Assembly (NCBI GenBank): GCA_002633005.1
Contig: NMRA01000022.1
Span: 867,357-931,356 of the forward strand
DNA from: Phoronis australis
Lineage: Eukaryota > Animalia > Phoronida
Direction: 5' to 3'
DNA: 64,000 nucleotides
Shown here piece by piece: positions 1-13,190 of this stretch; the stretch's first letter is position 1; every line of letters begins with the position of its first letter. The position numbers and the translations under genes are program-made. Under the pieces are notes generated by a model. The model was given only the letters and a program-made list of their open reading frames with translations. It was not told the origin of the DNA and searched no databases.

Positions 1-411
1 AGTATTATGGGTAACCCCTGTATTCTATGTTGTTTGCATTTACAATGCTAAAGTTATAATTAATATAAAGCAAATTGATACCCCAAATTGTCGCCACTGT
101 CACGACCTAGTGGGATTGAGGTGATTTGATTCAATTGGCTAATTGAGTATGCGTGATTATACGTCTATTAAATCGTCAATTGCATTATGTTTCACGAGTT
201 ACATAGATATGACGATTCTAATATCTGAAAGCATTTTGAGCTTGTTGTAAAACTGTATGATTTACCGTACGGTCTATTTTCAATAGCTGGCCTGTAATTG
301 AATTAGTAATTGAATTTTCCACGCTGTTTCTATCGGCTTGACCGGCCATCATCAGGTGTGCGACGATCCAAATACGACGGTAATAACTGTCAACAGCCGA
401 ATGCCACTCAC

Positions 412-438
412 CTGGTGATGGCAGAAGAACCTGTCCAT
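412..438 (-). other. Possible first coding exon (MDRFFCHHQ) of a gene running off the left edge of the window
   Basis: On the minus strand, ATG at 438-436 gives 9 codons ending at a consensus donor CAG|GTGAGT (intron starts 411). No downstream exon is recognisable and there is no homology support. Confidence 0.25.
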
Positions 439-1081
439 AGTGGGAAATTTAACAAGAACACACAAAACAAATTACATGGAGGCTCATCAATAAACTTAGC
501 GAGAAAGTGGGGCAGAGGAAAAAAGCAAGTACCACAAAGGGGTGCTAGGGTAGCATCACCCGACCGAAAATCAACGTCAGTCGTCACTGCTCTTCTCAAC
601 AGTACACGATTCCAAAATCCTTTGAGCGATTTGCTTTTATAGAGAAGCGTATACCAAAACGAGACTCGAAAATAGTTTTAGAATAGACAGAATACCTAAA
701 ACCAGTCCGAAAATTGGAACGCACTGTCGTCTCTTCAATAGAAACTTATTTGCCAAATTTCCGAAAATATCGAGATGATGGAAAAAATGCAGCATGAACT
801 CACAGATGTAGGCGCTTAAAACGAACCGTGACTCAAACGGCGATGGAAGAATACTTTTTTAAGCTTTGTCATTATTTGAAACGTTATAAACTTTAAATTA
901 TTACTGAATCACAAATGTTACACTGAAGAGGAAGACTTCCCATTAATAGGCTGGCAACCCATGTGTTAACAGTATCGTTTGGTATTGATACGCGTTGTAT
1001 TGAAATTGGGATCATTTTTCAATAATCGGGTTTTGAGATAGGTTCCATTTTTTAATTGAGAAATGTACTGCCATTTTTGAG

Positions 1082-1150
1082 TGGGACTTGGCTCTTCCAG
1101 CACAGCGTCAGACTGCGACCACGTGCGTTCCAGGTTCGATTCCGCCCTGA
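1082..1150 (+). mobile_element. tRNA-like head, possibly a degenerate tRNA-derived SINE
   Basis: B-box-like GGTTCGATTCC at ~1133-1143. No convincing cloverleaf, so not called a tRNA. Confidence 0.3.
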
Positions 1151-3907
1151 GACTGATCTCAGAAAATACCGTTTAACCAAATCATAGGAAAAACATTAAA
1201 TGTTTTGATCACCACTTTCTGACCCAGTCCATGCCTACTCAACATGTCCTCTTTCAGGTGCTACGAACGCGTGAATGCACTACTATATATCTGCCGCGTG
1301 GTCTGGTGAGTGCTACATCTGGAGATGTTTCCGTTCATTTGAGCAATTGGATAGAGAAGGAAATTAATTGATATTGATATTTTAGTTTTATCGCACATAT
1401 TTGGTTCACTTCATGTCGCCCTGATATCCTCTGTCTGACGATTTTTTCGTTCGATAACTAAGATACCAAACACTGACTTTGGAAGCGACAAGTTATCTGC
1501 AAAGATATCTCGTATCTGCCCCAAGCTCATAAATCATGCAAAACTCGTGATTTTACACGAAGAACTTGGCATTAAAACCACCTGCTGCGAGGTCATGACA
1601 AACTAGAAATGATGTACCATCGTGTCATCCCAATGAGCAAATCCCGTCCCCCTTGTGATTATTATACGACAAAATCAGGTACAGAACAGTCTGACCTGAA
1701 ATGTTGTCAAATTTGAAAGAATATTAAGCAGTAAACATACAATACGCGATACATGTAAAATGATAAATTGCTACTCATAATCAACCTAAAAGACTTAGGG
1801 CACGTCAATACCTTTCTACCATTATTCACGCATGCATGTGAAAAGATGTCGATACACGATAGAACAAACGTGATATCGCTGTAGGAAGGATGGGAATATT
1901 GTGATAAATGAGTCGTCTTCACTACAAGAGGTTACGTGGATGGTACGCACAAACACGGTGCGTGCCGCTCAGGCGGATAAATTTAACTTTTTAAACTCTT
2001 AAAGTTGCAACGCAGATCCTTGACTTTAGGTTACTTAACGTCACAAAACTGAACTCAAATAAACAACTATAGGGTCTTATTTCTTAGAATATCAAACCAT
2101 GAAATCATAGTCACTGCAGGGAGCCATTAATTCTCTTCCATCGCAGCTGCGGATGTCGATTTCGGTTGATAACCTGATTTTGTCACATTCAGTCAATCAA
2201 TCACAAAGCAAGTCTCTCGCTATAAACAATTTCTGACATTATCGTTCAAATAACACTACCAGGCAGTTTCGGTGAAACAGAATCTAGTATGAAAAAATGC
2301 AGTTTTCTAAATCAGTTTCAGGAAAGAGTAGATAAGATAAACTGACCTGTTAAGTGGTCTTCAGAGAGACCCCGATTGTTCAGTGGCAAGTTATCAAATG
2401 AAATGTTTAACACCATCAGAGTTTATTTATCCCTATCGTGTGCCACTACCGGCACGAATACAACTGTATGTTGAAACAGTAGATCATGTTTCGGATGTAC
2501 TGCATTGATTTGTGCTTAAGTGGGCTCGACACAGCTTTAATCTATTGTTCAATGTTTTTTAAATTGCGATATTTTTATTTTGATCTTTTCCTACTGCAAA
2601 TCTGCAAAATGTGCGGGCCATCGAATTAATTTCTCTGTTATAGCCGCCTAAATAAATGCACCTTTGCTGAAAATGTGAAATTAATATGGGTTACTTAAAA
2701 GTCACCTCAAACTGTCAGTTGTGTGTTTTAAAGGCTTGTTTAGTATGATGTAATTGTGGAATTCGATGTCGAATCGCGATTTATAATTGAACACCAACAT
2801 AACAAAAAAAACAGCACAAAATAACATATTTTTCGATTTAAAAAACTTAATTTGAAATTAAAAAATAATATTTAAATATTTGAAAAGTTAATCGATCTAG
2901 TGAAACAATGACAGCAGCTTTTTGCCAAACTGTGTCGCATGCAGTATTCACACATGTACATAGAAGTCGTGGGGACATTGGTTCTTTCCTGACGACTGCT
3001 TCACGTAGGAAGATGTCACACCAAGGTAGTTCTTAGAAAGCCCGAGTCCGTTTTAACAACGACGAAATAGGCCGGAAACTAACAGAAACGGCAAATTTGG
3101 TAAAAACCAGGCCTGAATACGAGACCGCCCAAGGGTTCTTATTCAGAGTTTGTGCATCGCTTAGCTGGCTGTAACTCATTTCCCGGCATTCAAAATCGAA
3201 CGGAAAATTTTCTAGGTGTAACAAGATCCATTTAGTGTTTCACGAGTAGTTTAGCTAAACCATGAAGTGTTCCTAAAAACAAGTATGATCGTAGGTATGA
3301 ATGGAGATGATTTGTAACTACAGCTACATTTTATCCTGTATGCATACAATTGGCTAAAAACGAAAGTCGAAGTAAGCATTTCTCTCTCAGAAAATCAGAC
3401 TCATAACATTTATTAAAGTGGTAGCATTACATTTCCGCTACCAACAAGAGCATTGAAACCGTCAGCGACTCAAGAAACAGCAATGGCGTTGCTAACCCTA
3501 CAACTACTGTGAATTCGAAAACACACACGTTCGCATTGTCTTTGACTAGAGTTGGTAACGAAATTAGAAGCTATTACGATAAGGAGCATTATGAGACCGA
3601 GTTTATGATAGTGAAAGGCGAAATTTCATTTTCGTTTTCAGTCAACAGGATGAAATGCATCTTTAACCGCTGGGGATTTCCCATGATTGAAGGAACGAGT
3701 CTTTAATGAACACCTGAAATACAAACTTACAACTTATGTCTTTAGTAAAACATACATCGCTTTATGTGACCTAGAGTTTCAAGAACAATAATTTGTCATA
3801 AATTTGATTTCTGGCTTGACACCAGTAACATTGTTTGACGTGTGACAGTGTGAAGCCATTTTTATATCAGTAGTATAGCTTCTAAGAAACGTGTTCCCAT
3901 AGGACCA

Positions 3908-4523
3908 GGGGCCTGTTCTAACAAAACTGACTTAGCTAAGACTAATCTTAAATTTTAGTTAAATTTGTCTCAAAACCAATTCATAAAAGAGATCTTAAGT
4001 TTGACTTAAGAGTTTGACATAAATAAATAAATAAGCTGCTCACCGAAAAGAATACTCCACCTTTCTCTACAATATTCATAAACAACCTTACGAGATGCGT
4101 CATGCAGTCTTGACAAAGAGTTTCACAAAAGTACGTCATACCGAAACTTATTAGAAAATCTTACGTCTTGTTTGATTTATCATCGGTATTCGGAATGCGT
4201 CCAGGGCTTAATTGAGTACTTGTAAGTAATCAATTTCTATTTATTGTTTTTATTGTCACTTCTCTTAAGGCCACGTAGGACCAGAGGCCCGTTCCAACAA
4301 AACTGAATTAGCTAAGACAAATCCTAAATTTTAGTAAATTTTTAAACAAAAGTTAAGTTTGTCTTCAAAAGCAATTCAAAAAAGTTTGAATTAACTTTGT
4401 GACGCAAGTTTTGCCTTAAATTTCACTAGCTAACAGAATGTGAAAGTTTCTAAGTTTGGAATTTAAGACAAATCTTAACTTAAGTCAAAAATGAACTTAA
4501 CTTAGTTTCTTGGAACAGGCCCC
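3908..4523. mobile_element. Non-autonomous TIR element (MITE) with GGGGCCTGTTC...GAACAGGCCCC termini and a duplicated left end
   Basis: Termini ggggcctgttcta and ttggaacaggcccc are inverted complements. The left ~60 bp recurs at ~4277-4335. GGGCC-type ends suggest PIF/Harbinger (inference). Confidence 0.65.
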
Positions 4524-5844
4524 TTACCTACAAGTCCGTGCATTTAGGCTGACGTATGTTTACAAAACTTCAGGTACATCGTTAGCAACATAACATGGCC
4601 AAATGTCTTTTGGGTAGGTACTCAAGATGAATTTTCTAAAATGCTGTAACCGTTTTTTTAAACTGATATTTTGTTTTTGTTTTATGTAACTTTTGACTGA
4701 TAGTTCTCATAGAAATAATAAAATTCTTAGTTTTTGATAGCTCCATACAAAAGTGGAACGTTTTAAAAACAATTGTTAACAGAGTTTTGGAGAACAATGA
4801 ACACAACATAGTATGTGATAGGTTCACGTGAATCCGGTATGATGTTCCCAAGTTTGTCAAATTCGTTGTAGAATAACTTTTAAATTCATGGTGCATGTAG
4901 GAATTTTCTTGGAATGCCATATTTTAAAGATCAGAGACTCCGCCTCCTTTTGTTAAGCATCCCACAGAATACGTCATATCGTAACAAAAACGAAATTCAA
5001 CCAAACGCTTTTCTAAAGAATTTCTTTCAGAGTGATGTTCTTTCAACATCAATTACGATGAAGAGCCCAAAATGCGTGTATTTATGCCCATGTGTCACTA
5101 CGTGAAGTTGTGCCTATTACCGGAACTATAAAGGTGCACGCACATACATGAGCTCGAACTAATAGCGATAGAACGTGAGTGAAGCTTCACATTTCTTTTA
5201 TAAAACGATGAATTTCGATGTGTATTCAATTAAAATTAAAAATACTCTTACCCGTTTCTTTTCAGTTTAAAACTTCATTAAAGGAATTCAAATTAATCTG
5301 GTGTTACACGGGTAGGGATATTTCAACACGTGGTCAAATGTATACAAAATAAGCAGAATTTATAATGGAATTTAAAAGCACGAATTGTTGTTGGTAAACT
5401 AACAAATTGGCGGCCACAGATGAATGGCACTAATTTCCGTATTCAAGAATTTCCAGTAAAAATTGACTGCATGGCTGTTTATGTTGTGTTCACAACTGAT
5501 GAAAAAGAAGGAAAGAGAATCTCGAAATATTTTATAACAAAGTAGCCGTGCTAAGAATGTTCAGCACACGAGTGCAAAGGCACTCAGTCTAAGACAAGAG
5601 CATGAGATAGTTGCGTCTTACCTGGCACGTGCACCTAATGTGTAAAACAATTGACCAAAAATGTAGAAGACGCGTAATTTCGGATTTAGATGCATAGACT
5701 TTAATACACATAAACGATAAACATGATAAGTGCTTTTGTGAGTTCTAGTGGTCATCGGAAATTCATGTGCAGACAAACTAATGAAAATTATGAAGGTGGG
5801 CGGGGGAACTATCGAGCGAAACATCGCGTCACAATGCTACATAG

Positions 5845-6256
5845 GGGAGAAAGAGGTTGAGGGCACAGGAACAACCAGAATTACGCCTCATGCGCGCGCC
5901 CAGCCTAAAATGTAAGGATGCAGGGGGTCTCGAATTTTTGGGTTTGTGGACCTTATTACTAAAAAAACGAATCAAATAGATGTTGCAATGCCGTCAGTTA
6001 CCGACACACACCCTTGAGAAAGAGCGCATCGCTCGATACGTGGGGATATTTTAATATATTTTAGTACCGACGCTCGTCATTTTAGTTTTACTGAAAAGGG
6101 GGTTTGTTCAAGGCCTATGCATTGTGCATTCGTCCCCCCGAGCCCTCTGGGTGCACGCATATACTAGTCAGCGATTCGCACCCCGAACTGCCAAATGGAA
6201 TCTTGGAGAATTTCAGGGGGGCTATGGCCCCCTTGCCCCCCTAAATCCGTCAATGG
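5845..6256 (+). mobile_element. Composite MITE: CAG(T/G)GGCGGAT-type element containing a nested CATGCGCGC-type MITE (5889-6161)
   Basis: Inverted copy at 10231-10528; version without the insert at 32366-32490. Inner termini are catgcgcgcgcccag and ctgggtgcacgcat. Confidence 0.7.
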
Positions 6257-7847
6257 GCTGGCATACGAGCGTGGACGTACTTACATTGTATTTATATTTG
6301 ATTTTGTTGTATTTCATACTGGAGTGATTCGGTAGTTATTGTACTTCATACTGGAGTGACAAATAAGCACAATTCGAGCTGGGTACAGATTGTTGGTACA
6401 TTGATATGTTGCTGGAATACATGAACAACGAAGTGATCACTCCATCAAATAAACACTACAACTATATTACGATCTGAATAACAACCGCAACACACGAAGT
6501 GAATGATAACATCGTGTAATTCTATTTCGAGCAAAATCAAACAAACCTCTACGTACACAAATTAAAAGGGCTATCGATTAAAGCCAAGTTAATTAGACAC
6601 GTATTTTGACACTCAGCAAGAGTAATAGGCGGCGAACCTATGCACTATTCATTATGAAAAACTCAAAAGTTCTGACTACCATTTAAAACGCACGTAAGTT
6701 TTGGAAATGCGTTCTTATATTGTACGACAGGTTAAATTGGGAGACATGACACAAAATTATACTTCGAATTATCTGTTTCAAAGAAAAGATAGCGTCTTGA
6801 TCTGCAAGAACTTATGTCATTTTCAAGGGACAATAGAAATTTTGCTACGGTTAAAAAAATTGAGGGGCATACGTGTTCCGCACCATCTGTTGGCGGCAAC
6901 TACAGATGCATGTCCTCTGGTTTAATTTGTTTTTTCATTTCGCTTGGCTGAAACATACCCCGCAATCCACTTCAGACATCCCACAAATCTCTAATCGTAA
7001 AAAAGATCAATGTTGAAAGCAAAAGCGATGTCTGAAGTTCTATTACGCGATGAAATACTTTGTACATAATGTAGTTATACTCTTCCCTTTGTTTGTATTA
7101 GTTTAGAGCATTGAGCAAGTCTCTCCAGTCAAGATATCCCTGAGATAAAAAATCATAAATTACAACTTTGCGTTTGTGTTTTACAATCACCTTTTTCTAA
7201 GATCATAAAATGAAAAGTGCAGTGTCACTCAAGCGCCGCGTTCATTCTCTGATTTACTACTTGAAAGTCAAGAAGTGAATAAAAATTCAAAATTTAGCCC
7301 ACTATTATCAAATACGAAAGCAACATTTGGACATTAGGTATGACTAAATGTGTTGACGTGGAATTTTATTTCATGAAATGTTTAATTACGTCTAATGGGG
7401 AACCAGGTCCCTTTGCTCGAATATTTTTTCATGACTGGGTTGAATACTAACTTAAAGCAAACCCTATGTTAATTCACTCCCAGACTTTCCTATCACGACA
7501 CCGGATCGGCTTTCGTGTGGCTGAACAGGATAGAAACTTTCAAAGCAAAGCCTTAAAACGAAATCTGACGTGTATACTGCACGATTACAGTAAATGAGTT
7601 GTTGTCAAGGTAAATCTTCTTAGTTCGATTGATTGTGCATTAGCGCTCTCACAGACACTGGAACTCATTAGCAGAATTTATTATGTAACTTCTATTTGAT
7701 AGAACCGGAATATTGCGGTACGATTCATGAAAGCTATAAAATTCAATACCAATTTTTCTCAATAATGAAAACTGACTACAAAATGGAAACATTGCGGTAG
7801 GAAATTATACGAGTTAACGTGTTGATACTTAATTGCGTGCTGCTGTG

Positions 7848-8327
7848 GGGACTGTTCTTTGAAAAGTTTTATTGTCTTTTGGCCAAGAATCAGTCTAGAA
7901 ATGGCTTAGCCTGTTTGTGAAATTGAGTCAAAAAGTTCGAAGCCAAAAGACAGAAATCCGCGGCCTGCTCTGAAGCCGACTGAAAGGCAAAGCCAAAAGA
8001 CAAAAAAGATCAACTTTTGGCTACAAACTCAGACAAACCATGCACGCACCCAGTCTAACATATAGGGGGGGGGGGACCCGAATTTTTCGGTATGCGGACC
8101 TTTTACTGAAAGAGAACAATGAGGACTAAAAAAAAAACCGGCCACTAGGTTCAGGCCAACGAATTTTGCATCCGCACAGACTTCCCGTGGATTTGTTGAC
8201 TTTTGTCTCGTTTACTCGGACTTTTTGTTTCACTGAGGCGGACCTTAATTTTGCCCAATTCGCCAAACTGGGGGGCTCGTTCGAGTCTCCCGAGCCCCCC
8301 TGGATGCGCCCATGCAAACAGGTCCCA
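7848..8327. mobile_element. GGGACTGTT...AACAGGTCCC MITE hosting a nested element
   Basis: Inverted termini. Internal sequence (aaaatcagtcta...cctgttt, agacaaaa blocks) resembles 21748-21990 and 15872-16968. Confidence 0.55.
8039..8314 (+). mobile_element. CATGC-terminated MITE with 5-bp TSD CAAAC
   Basis: TIRs catgcacgcacccag and ctggatgcgcccatg, flanked by CAAAC at 8034-8038 and 8315-8319. Confidence 0.85.
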
Positions 8328-9719
8328 CGGCAATTTTCTACTGCGCATTGTACAAGCCGACAGCAGAACAAAAGCTTATTCGTTTGAGATCAGGCATGTA
8401 AAATAAAGTAAACAATACACTATTCAGTACAACACATGTACACACTCGTACACTCATGTGAAAACGGAACTTGAAATACCTATTGAACCCTGATGTTCTT
8501 TCTCCAAGTAATGAGATCTCTTTCACCATTAGCAAAGTATGACTACCAAAGTTTTTATAAACTTTATCCCATAAGTGAAAAGCTTTGAGTCAAAAGAGGC
8601 CCTCAGGGTGAGATTTTGCTACGAAACCCCCAATTCAGGTGATAATATAGATCTCAGATAGACAGATATAGAATCCGACTATACAAAAAGTGAAACCCAC
8701 GGACACAATCACTCATCAAAGAGTTCATTCATAATATTACAACACATAATCACGGTCAAACTCACGAAATTCACGGAATTCCAAAACCTTTACTGCGCTT
8801 TATGGCCATGAAGTCAGTCCGCCAAAGATGCCATCGACAGGTCGACCCAACTTAACCGGCAGCCCGAAGACAGCAACTACATACTCTTGGACTTCTAATT
8901 GCTCGTAACTAAGCGTAATGCTGTTAACAGACTGTTCAATACATTTAAAGCTTATTTCAAAACAGTTCAAATGCCGTGACTTACTAATTAAAACCATGTA
9001 CCCAGTTCGTCCTTCGAAATGTTTGTAATTCCACTTTCCGCTAATGAAAGCTCGCGTACATCATTCGATTGGCTTTAGGGCAGATAACGACGTCTACCCG
9101 GTACTTAGTCAAATGACCTAGATTTTGTTGACTATGTTTATGTACGAAGCGACAAGTGCCAATGTCAAATTTAATGCATGACCCAGTAAATCACCTTTTC
9201 CCGGCGACCTCACGTAACCTTATAGTATATATAAAAAAACTATCAACAAATTCGTCGAATTTAACGCATTGTCGGCTACAATGACTGGGACGGCAGACTG
9301 GCGGAATAATAATGAACCCACTTGAGATAAACGCCATAAAAGATTTGTTGCAAAACTCTTCTCGAGTGATATTGCTGTACTTGAGTATAGCATTCTTTTT
9401 GTTCTGAAAACTGCGGCGTATACGTCAACTTGAATTGTCAGCGTAAACTTAGCAAATTCAGTCAAATATTTACGTTCACGTTGACAAAAACTGCACTCCA
9501 CTAAAAGTCACATTTTAATAAAACGACGAAAATTTTAACCAAACCTTATTGGTGAACTTATTCACCATTTACCCGTTTTTCCGATTCGGTGACACAAGCG
9601 CCAGTAAACTAGAAGAACGTGAGTAACTATGGGGCAAAAATAATTACAACATCTTTATGAAGGAAAAAAGATCTTCAAGGTCCACTTTTTCCAATGGCGT
9701 TGCGACCTAGAAACGAAAT

Positions 9720-9948
9720 CATGCGTGCACCCAACCTGAAAATAATGGGGGGGGGGGGCGAATTTTTGAGAATGTGGACCTTATTCTAAAATTCATGGGC
9801 TAATTATACATCTATGAATTGTGTTTTCGCCGACGTTTGGTAGGTACGGCCTTTTTAGTGGACTTTTAATTGTCTCGTTCTCTACTTTTTTGAGTTTTTG
9901 TTTCCCTGAGGCGTACCTTTTTGCCCACATCGCCAAATGGGGGAAGGC
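9720..9948 (+). mobile_element. Truncated copy of the CATGC MITE family
   Basis: Left end catgcgtgcacccaacct...G-run...cgaatttttg...ggacc and the internal ctgaggcg...cgccaaat block match 8039-8314. The right TIR is missing. Confidence 0.7.
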
Positions 9949-9949
9949 G

Positions 9950-10230
9950 GTGTAGTGACAAATACACTGCGGAAAAATGGAATACATTTTACCCAATGAC
10001 GATTTTATGGCAGGTAGAGGTTTTACTATTGATGACCTACTGTTTCCAAGACGAGCTAAGTTAAACATACCAGCTTTCACCCAAGGTAAGTCACAGCTTA
10101 GTCCGTAAAAACATCTGACAAAAATACGGTGCATTTCCGCAGTAAGAATCCACGTGGAGCGAGCAACACGAAGTTTTAAAAATTTTGAGTACCATTATGC
10201 TACTGTCAAGCACAAATCCAGTGGATAACT
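9950..10230 (+). pseudogene. Decayed PIF/Harbinger (ISL2EU-like) DDE transposase fragment
   Basis: Translates to MEYILPNDDFMAGRGFTIDDLLFPRRAKLNIPAFTQGKSQLSP*KHLTKIRCISAVRIHVERAT. This matches the DDE_Tnp_4 pattern (GD.vmADRGF...L.IP.F..G..QL...TR.IA..RIHVERAI) but has a stop codon and has lost the catalytic Asp. Confidence 0.85.
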
Positions 10231-10528
10231 CAGTGGCGGATTTAGAGGTGGGCCAAGGGGACCATGGCCCCCCTAATATTCTCCCAGATTCCATTTGGCA
10301 TTTCGGAGTGTGAATTGCTGACTGGCGTGTGTGCGCAGCCAGGGGGCTCGGTGGGTGAACGCACAATTCATAGCGTTGAACAAACCCCGTTTACCCGTTC
10401 TTTTTTTAAAGGTCCACAAACCCAAAAATTCGAGCCCCATACATCCCTACATGTTAGGCTGGGTGCGCGCATGTGACGAAATTGTGGTTATTCCTGTGCC
10501 CTAGGTCCCCCTAACTCAAAATCCGTCT
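10231..10528 (-). mobile_element. Inverted copy of the composite MITE at 5845-6256
   Basis: Reverse-complement similarity along its length (cagtggcggatttag end; ccatttggca; ggtccacaaacccaaaaattcgag; ggctgggtgcgcgcatg). Confidence 0.75.
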
Positions 10529-12469
10529 TTATACCACAAGTATATTTGAAGCAAAGCATGTATGTATCGTAATATATGGTTCAAAGATGGCAAGCTTGGA
10601 AAAACATCCAAAGAACTTCAAGCAATGAAGTCAGTAAATGCTTTGCAAAAGTCAATTCTCTTAGCCTCAATTTCGTCCACGAGGCATTCAAGAAATTTCT
10701 GATAGTCAAACGTACGCAACCGTGCAACGGTTTGCTCAATAAAGCTTTCGCTGTACGGCACATCTACGATAAGTCAATGTCAGTTATGTACAAAACTATT
10801 TTTGCTTTCTTAAGTACAGCACAAAACATGGTTATAGATACCATTTTTTCAATGGAGTACTTTATACGGGTCTCACCGATACACTAATCAGTTGTGCAAC
10901 TGAACCAAGTGACTCGCAAAAACAGCCTTAAGAATGAACTTAGGGAAATCACAAGAAATTCATCACAATGTTGCCATATTAGATGGTTATTTGGCTCTGG
11001 GATGTTTCTATGAACACTGTGTCATCCTGTTTAGAACAGGGGACAGTTCACTGAGCCTCAAGAAAGTAAACGAATCAAATAAAAAGAGTAAACGACCTGC
11101 ACTAGAACAGATCCATTTGAAATAAATAAAACCTAAGTTGGAATAATGAACTAACAACAAATTCATGTCGCATCACATATTTAATAAAACACAGATCTTA
11201 TATAACCAGGAATACGACTTTGAATTGCTCACTAACATACTGAACAGCTGTTCTGTTTTTGTTTATGACATTCCTGTAATGGCCGACATCGGTATGCGAA
11301 GCCTGTGGCTGTTTTGTAAACTATATTACGATGTTACACATGTCTATTCGCCTGAGACAGACAGCTCACCTCATACGTGGGTGTGCTCTACCACTAAGGT
11401 CAAGAATCATTTTATGGTTCAGTAGGCGGTGCACTGCTTTTGGGACTGTTTCAAAACTCCTTGTTAAAATACGAGGAGCCCAGTATCAGGTGGCTGTGGA
11501 CAAATGGTTCAAAGGGTGTCTCATACAACGCCGGGAGTTGTACTAGTTCATTAGTCCGTGTGGATAAGATTCTGAGCCCAGGCCTATGCACGTTCATGGC
11601 GAACAAACGACTCAGGTTTTGGATTAGAACGAAAACGTTTTGCTAAATACTACCGAAAACTGATTATTATCAAGGAAGTGTAAAGACCATTGAGTCATCG
11701 GAATTCAATGACCAATGTGTTTAATTTGATTTAAATACTAGATTCCGTTTTCATCCTCTTTTTGTGAATTTAAATCACTCATATTTTTCCTAATTAAGTA
11801 AACAAAAATGGATTTTTTGCCGTTTGAATTTTGAGTTCATTTTTGAGACACCCTTTAGAATTATCCGAATTTCACCAATATCGTTGAGAATTATTTCAGA
11901 TAGACAAAAATCGTCTACTATACTTTGTTATTTGGAATTGGATTACAGAGAGTTTCCAACTTCAGCCTGAGTCTAAGTTCTCTGAAGTATCATCAGTTCT
12001 TACAAGATTAGCTTCTATTTTTCAAAAATAATCCGTGAACCAGTAGAATACTAGCATATAATAAGAATGAATGGCAGGTTGTAGAACATATCACAACCTG
12101 AATCTGAAAAAATTCAAAAGAGTACAACCGGCACATTGTAAACTACTATAACTCTAGTAAGGGCACTAGCGACACCCTACGTACATCTACAAAACAAATA
12201 TACACAAAACGCAGGCACGGATTAACCAGTATCAGGCTTAGAATTACACACAGGCCTTGGTCTTTCAATTCTCCTGAATCGTTGTTCTTTTCTCAGAAAA
12301 GCATACTAAGAAAGCTCTCCCAAGAGCAACACTTTAGAGGCGAAATCGATGAAAAATTCAAAGAGGTTGATGGCAAGGTAAGCACACCCACGACCACGGC
12401 TGGCACGATATTAACGACGCTTACACTAGCCTGACAACACCGACGATGACGATTAGCAACTCAATGGCA

Positions 12470-13190
12470 CTGGCGAGATCTACATGCATTTACATACCAA
12501 ATTTGTAAAGGTTCGGTCAAAGGTTAGCCGAGCTAGAGTTCCGTAAACATAATTTGAAAAATATTTGTCGCAGCGCCATCTTGTGTCCGATTTCGCACAA
12601 TAACAACAGGACTCGGAGTGTTGATTAAGTAAACTCTGTACGTAAATATCATATCGATCAGACGAAAAAATACGATCTCTAGCACAAATATGATAGGCTA
12701 ATAAAGTGCAACCATAATTAACTAGTCAACAAAAGAGCAGTCATCTAAGCAGTAAATGTCGAATATCGCGAGAACGGTAAGTCGTAACAAGTGTCGGGTT
12801 CTAATAAGTTGATAGCTCTTGAAAAGATTTAACCACATACCAGAATCGTTAAGTGACGCCGAGAATACGGCAAAAAACTCAGTTACTTGGGGACCAGTCC
12901 TGGGAAAATCTCGAATAACTCGAGAACGGTAAGACACAGAGAAAAATAAACAAGACAATCCAGATAACGAATTCGATGGTCTATTCAAAATGCCACCAGA
13001 AACAGCGGAGCTATGACTCTACAACCGAAAAAAGAGAAAAATAGCCGCCACAGAGCCATTCACGAAACACATGTTGTTTGTAAATTTCACGTTGATCCGA
13101 TAAGAATTATGATCTGTAGCGTGTGAACAAAGAAACAAACAAAAAATCTTATGACAAAAAATAACTCCTGCATCCGCACGGACTGTCCAA
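12470..13190 (-). mobile_element. Probable degenerate Helentron-associated (HINE-like) element in reverse orientation
   Basis: Recurrent ccaaattt/taaattt...gatc core blocks, followed by an AAAC-type microsatellite at ~13125-13145. Boundaries approximate. Confidence 0.35.
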
